DNA from: Escherichia coli
GTDB lineage: Bacteria; Pseudomonadota; Gammaproteobacteria; Enterobacterales; Enterobacteriaceae
Reading direction: 5' to 3' (one strand)
DNA: 64,000 nucleotides
Assembly: GCF_044324785.1 (NCBI RefSeq)
Contig: NZ_CP172127.1
Part shown: positions 58,115 through 64,000 of the stretch, piece by piece
How the letters are laid out: each line of letters starts with the position of its first letter
How positions within the stretch are numbered: position 1 is the stretch's first letter
Program-made: the position numbers and the translations under genes
Notes under the pieces: generated by a model
What the model was told of the DNA's origin: nothing
What the model saw: the letters and a program-made list of their open reading frames with translations, nothing else
Databases searched by the model: none

Positions 58115-59547
58115 TGCAGGTTTTACATGTATGTTCAGAGATGTTCCCGCTGCTTAAAACCGGCGGTCTGGCTGATGTTATTGGGGCATTACCCGCAGCA
58201 CAAATCGCAGATGGCGTTGACGCTCGCGTACTGTTGCCTGCATTTCCCGATATTCGCCGTGGCGTGACCGATGCGCAGGTAGTATCCCGTCGTGATACCT
58301 TCGCCGGACATATCACGCTGTTGTTCGGTCATTACAACGGGGTTGGCATTTACCTGATTGACGCGCCGCATCTCTATGATCGTCCGGGAAGCCCGTATCA
58401 CGATACCAACTTATTTGCCTATACCGACAACGTATTGCGTTTTGCGCTGCTGGGGTGGGTTGGGGCAGAAATGGCCAGCGGGCTTGACCCATTCTGGCGT
58501 CCTGATGTGGTGCATGCGCACGACTGGCATGCAGGCCTTGCGCCTGCGTATCTGGCGGCGCGCGGGCGTCCGGCGAAGTCGGTGTTTACTGTGCACAACC
58601 TGGCCTATCAAGGCATGTTTTATGCACATCACATGAATGACATCCAATTGCCATGGTCATTCTTTAATATTCATGGGCTGGAATTCAACGGACAAATCTC
58701 TTTTCTGAAGGCCGGTCTGTACTATGCCGATCACATTACGGCAGTCAGTCCAACCTACGCTCGCGAGATCACCGAACCGCAGTTTGCCTACGGTATGGAA
58801 GGTCTGTTGCAACAGCGTCACCGTGAAGGGCGTCTTTCCGGCGTACTGAACGGCGTGGACGAGAAAATCTGGAGTCCAGAGACGGACTTACTGTTGGCCT
58901 CGCGTTACACCCGCGATACGTTGGAAGATAAAGCGGAAAATAAGCGCCAGTTACAAATCGCAATGGGGCTTAAGGTTGACGATAAAGTGCCGCTTTTTGC
59001 AGTGGTGAGCCGTCTGAGCAGCCAGAAAGGTCTCGACCTGGTGCTGGAGGCCTTACCGGGTCTTCTGGAGCAGGGCGGGCAACTGGCGCTACTCGGCGCG
59101 GGCGATCCTGTGCTGCAGGAAGGTTTCCTTGCGGCGGCAGCGGAATACCCCGGCCAGGTGGGCGTTCAGATTGGCTATCACGAAGCATTTTCGCATCGCA
59201 TTATGGGCGGCGCGGACGTCATTCTGGTGCCCAGCCGTTTTGAACCGTGCGGCTTAACGCAACTTTATGGATTGAAGTACGGTACGCTGCCGTTAGTGCG
59301 GCGCACCGGTGGGCTTGCTGATACGGTTTCTGACTGTTCTCTTGAGAACCTTGCAGATGGCGTCGCCAGTGGGTTTGTCTTTGAAGATAGTAATGCCTGG
59401 TCGCTGTTACGGGCTATTCGACGTGCTTTTGTACTGTGGTCCCGTCCTTCACTGTGGCGGTTTGTGCAACGTCAGGCTATGGCAATGGATTTTAGCTGGC
59501 AGGTCGCGGCGAAGTCGTACCGTGAGCTTTACTATCGCTTGAAATAG
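58114..59547 (+). CDS. glgA: Glycogen synthase
   Basis: 477 aa ([22 protein letters not shown]); start shares one nucleotide with the glgC stop. Confidence 0.95.
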   Translation: MQVLHVCSEMFPLLKTGGLADVIGALPAAQIADGVDARVLLPAFPDIRRGVTDAQVVSRRDTFAGHITLLFGHYNGVGIYLIDAPHLYDRPGSPYHDTNLFAYTDNVLRFALLGWVGAEMASGLDPFWRPDVVHAHDWHAGLAPAYLAARGRPAKSVFTVHNLAYQGMFYAHHMNDIQLPWSFFNIHGLEFNGQISFLKAGLYYADHITAVSPTYAREITEPQFAYGMEGLLQQRHREGRLSGVLNGVDEKIWSPETDLLLASRYTRDTLEDKAENKRQLQIAMGLKVDDKVPLFAVVSRLSSQKGLDLVLEALPGLLEQGGQLALLGAGDPVLQEGFLAAAAEYPGQVGVQIGYHEAFSHRIMGGADVILVPSRFEPCGLTQLYGLKYGTLPLVRRTGGLADTVSDCSLENLADGVASGFVFEDSNAWSLLRAIRRAFVLWSRPSLWRFVQRQAMAMDFSWQVAAKSYRELYYRLK

Positions 59548-62013
<2,466 letters not shown>

Positions 62014-62029
62014 TTTCACTAATAAATAG

Positions 62030-62057
62030 AACGGGGCCAAAGGGTCCCGTTTTTTTC
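62030..62057 (+). terminator. glgP intrinsic terminator
   Basis: AACGGGGCC-AAAG-GGTCCCGTT hairpin (9-bp stem, one G-U pair) followed by TTTTTTT. Confidence 0.75.
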
Positions 62058-62140
62058 GCCATCATTTCGGAAAAGTGTCCAGAAGGGGCAAGGGGACTCG
62101 GGGAGTATAATTTTGCCATTCAGAAAGAATGGAAAGAATA

Positions 62141-63646
62141 ATGCAAAACAGAAAATGGATTTTGACCTCGCTGGTAATGACTTTTTTCGGCATCCCCATT
62201 CTGGCGCAGTTTTTGGCGGCGGTTATTGCCATGCTGGGGGCCGGGCTTGCCGCTATTCTTGAGTTTTGCAATTTACTCTTTACGCCAACAATTTATCTTC
62301 TACTCAACGTCTTTATGCTGACGCTGGGCGCATTACTGCTATTTTTCTCTGGGCGAGTGTGGGCGGGCGATAACGCACCAGAAAACAGAGAAATAGCCGC
62401 CTGGCGACAATGTCTTTTTTTAGTTCCCGCTTTATTAACCCTGGTTGGCTGGATAATCACGCTACATCTGGCAGATTATCAATTTCGCCAGATGGTTTCA
62501 GGTTGGTTGGCAGATCTTATGCTTCCCTGGCTGGGTGTTTTGTTAGTCTCATTAGTCGGTGGTGAGTACTGGTGGATAGTCATTATTCCCGTTGGAACGC
62601 ATATCATTTTTTCGCTGGGATACGGCTGGCCGACAAGGCATCCTTTAACCGGCACGTCCGGGCTACGTTGCCGTAACTTACTCCTGTTTCTACTTCTCTT
62701 ACTTGGTATTGTCGCTGGGTATCAGGCCCATTTATATAAGCAGCATAACCCTGGTGTTGGTGTACGCGAAAATATTGATATCTGGGCCTGGCGACCCGAT
62801 AAACTCAATAATCGACTGACGCCGCTGCGTGGCAAACCGCAAATTCAGTTTACGCAAAACTGGCCGCGAATCGATGGTGCCACGGCGGCGTACCCAATTT
62901 ATGCTTCTGCCTTTTATGCGTTAAGCATAATACCAGAGGATTTTCACGTTTGGGATTATCTGGATAACTCTCGTACGCCAGAAGCATATAACAAAATCGT
63001 TAAGGGCGATGCTGATATTATTTTCGTGGCGCAACCTTCCGGTGGGCAGAAAAAACGTGCAAAGGAATCTGGTGTCACTTTGCTGTACACCCCCTTTGCT
63101 CGTGAAGCATTTGTTTTTATCGTCAATGCTGATAATCCAGTCAATTCCCTGACTGAACAACAAGTGCGAGACATTTTTAGTGGCGCAATTACCAACTGGC
63201 GTACTGTGGGCGGTAACGATCAGGAGATCCAGACCTGGCAACGCCCGGAAGACTCTGGCAGTCAGACGGTGATGCAATTACAGGTCATGAAAAATGTCCG
63301 TATGATCTCGCCGCAGGAAACCGAAGTGGCAAGTGTGATGGAGGGAATGATTAAAGTCGTTGCCGAATACCGTAATACAAACAACGCAATAGGTTATACC
63401 TTCCGCTATTACGCAACACAAATGAATGCCGATAAGAATATCAAATTGTTAGCGATTAACGGTATTGCACCGACTGCGGAAAACATTCGCAATGGCAAAT
63501 ATCCCTATATCGTCGATGCCTTTATGGTAACGCGGGAAAATATGACGTCAGAAACACAAAAACTGGTTGAATGGTTTTTAACGCCGCAGGGGCAGAGTTT
63601 GGTAGAAGACGTGGGTTATGTGCCGATGTATAAAACGTTGCATTAA
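62141..63646 (+). CDS. yzgL: Membrane protein with a C-terminal PstS-like periplasmic phosphate-binding domain (intact counterpart of the K-12 yzgL pseudogene)
   Basis: About 200 aa of hydrophobic helices followed by a substrate-binding-protein-like domain. Start set at MQNRKW (62141), which has better Shine-Dalgarno spacing than the ATG at 62129. Confidence 0.6.
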   Translation: MQNRKWILTSLVMTFFGIPILAQFLAAVIAMLGAGLAAILEFCNLLFTPTIYLLLNVFMLTLGALLLFFSGRVWAGDNAPENREIAAWRQCLFLVPALLTLVGWIITLHLADYQFRQMVSGWLADLMLPWLGVLLVSLVGGEYWWIVIIPVGTHIIFSLGYGWPTRHPLTGTSGLRCRNLLLFLLLLLGIVAGYQAHLYKQHNPGVGVRENIDIWAWRPDKLNNRLTPLRGKPQIQFTQNWPRIDGATAAYPIYASAFYALSIIPEDFHVWDYLDNSRTPEAYNKIVKGDADIIFVAQPSGGQKKRAKESGVTLLYTPFAREAFVFIVNADNPVNSLTEQQVRDIFSGAITNWRTVGGNDQEIQTWQRPEDSGSQTVMQLQVMKNVRMISPQETEVASVMEGMIKVVAEYRNTNNAIGYTFRYYATQMNADKNIKLLAINGIAPTAENIRNGKYPYIVDAFMVTRENMTSETQKLVEWFLTPQGQSLVEDVGYVPMYKTLH

Positions 63647-63659
63647 GCAGGATTACAAT

Positions 63660-63746
63660 ATGGATATCATTAATATTTTCCTGAACGCGGCGAATGCCCT
63701 TTTTATCTATCAGCCGTTTATGCACGATCAGCGGGCGAGGGGGTAA
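63660..63746 (+). CDS. Possible 28-aa small ORF or leader peptide (MDIINIFLNAANALFIYQPFMHDQRARG)
   Basis: ATG with AGGA 7 nt upstream; its stop lies 2 nt before the next ATG. Short and unsupported by homology. Confidence 0.25.
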   Translation: MDIINIFLNAANALFIYQPFMHDQRARG

Positions 63747-63748
63747 TT

Positions 63749-64000
63749 ATGCAACCCAGCCCCGCCATGCAGGCATTAATTGAGCAGGTTTATCATATTT
63801 TTCGTCGTTATCCGGTGCCGCAGCAATTTGTTGTTTGTTGTGAATATTGCCTGAGTCAACAGGAACAAAAAGCATTACGGAATACATCGTTGCGAGCGAT
63901 TCCTTATTCCTTAATCAATGCCTGGAATAGTAGTCCAGGACCTGATCCGCAAAACAGCGATGAGGTTCGTTATTTTCTGCCGCGTTTACTGGAATTTGTT
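63749..64000 (+). CDS. Hypothetical protein, N-terminal 84 aa; gene runs off the window end
   Basis: Open frame from ATG 63749 to the window end (MQPSPAMQALIEQVYHIFRRYPVPQQFVVCCEYC); GAGGGGG Shine-Dalgarno upstream. Not recognised. Confidence 0.4.
   Translation, partial: MQPSPAMQALIEQVYHIFRRYPVPQQFVVCCEYCLSQQEQKALRNTSLRAIPYSLINAWNSSPGPDPQNSDEVRYFLPRLLEFV

Overview
This window is an Escherichia coli-type chromosomal segment, in reverse orientation relative to the K-12 map as I recall it, running from a partial Rhs gene through nikRABCDE, zntA, ftsYEX, rpoH, the liv and ugp operons, ggt, gntRKU and asd to the glg operon. Nearly every long ORF matches a known core gene in length and sequence. 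Many true starts lie inside the supplied ORFs (yhhS, dcrB, yhhT, yhhL, ftsX, livJ, livK, livF, ugpC, ggt, yhhY, gntK, asd, glgC). Four places carry content I do not place in K-12. The most interesting is a translationally coupled two-gene cassette between gntU and yhgN (about 47.0-50.5 kb): a RecQ-like helicase fused to a ComF-type phosphoribosyltransferase domain, followed by a DprA/Smf-like protein. I read this as a candidate helicase-containing relative of DprA-PRTase defence modules, or a DNA-processing module. The second is an AT-rich islet carrying an Hcp-HNH nuclease (yhhZ) with an intact downstream yrhA, a likely T6SS effector/immunity pair. The third is a 248-aa membrane plus TPR-like protein between livF and ugpB. 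The fourth is an intact yzgL-like membrane/PstS-like fusion after glgP, followed by a tiny ORF and a partial unknown gene. No rRNA, tRNA, CRISPR array or IS element was found. All K-12 comparisons are from memory and need alignment to confirm.
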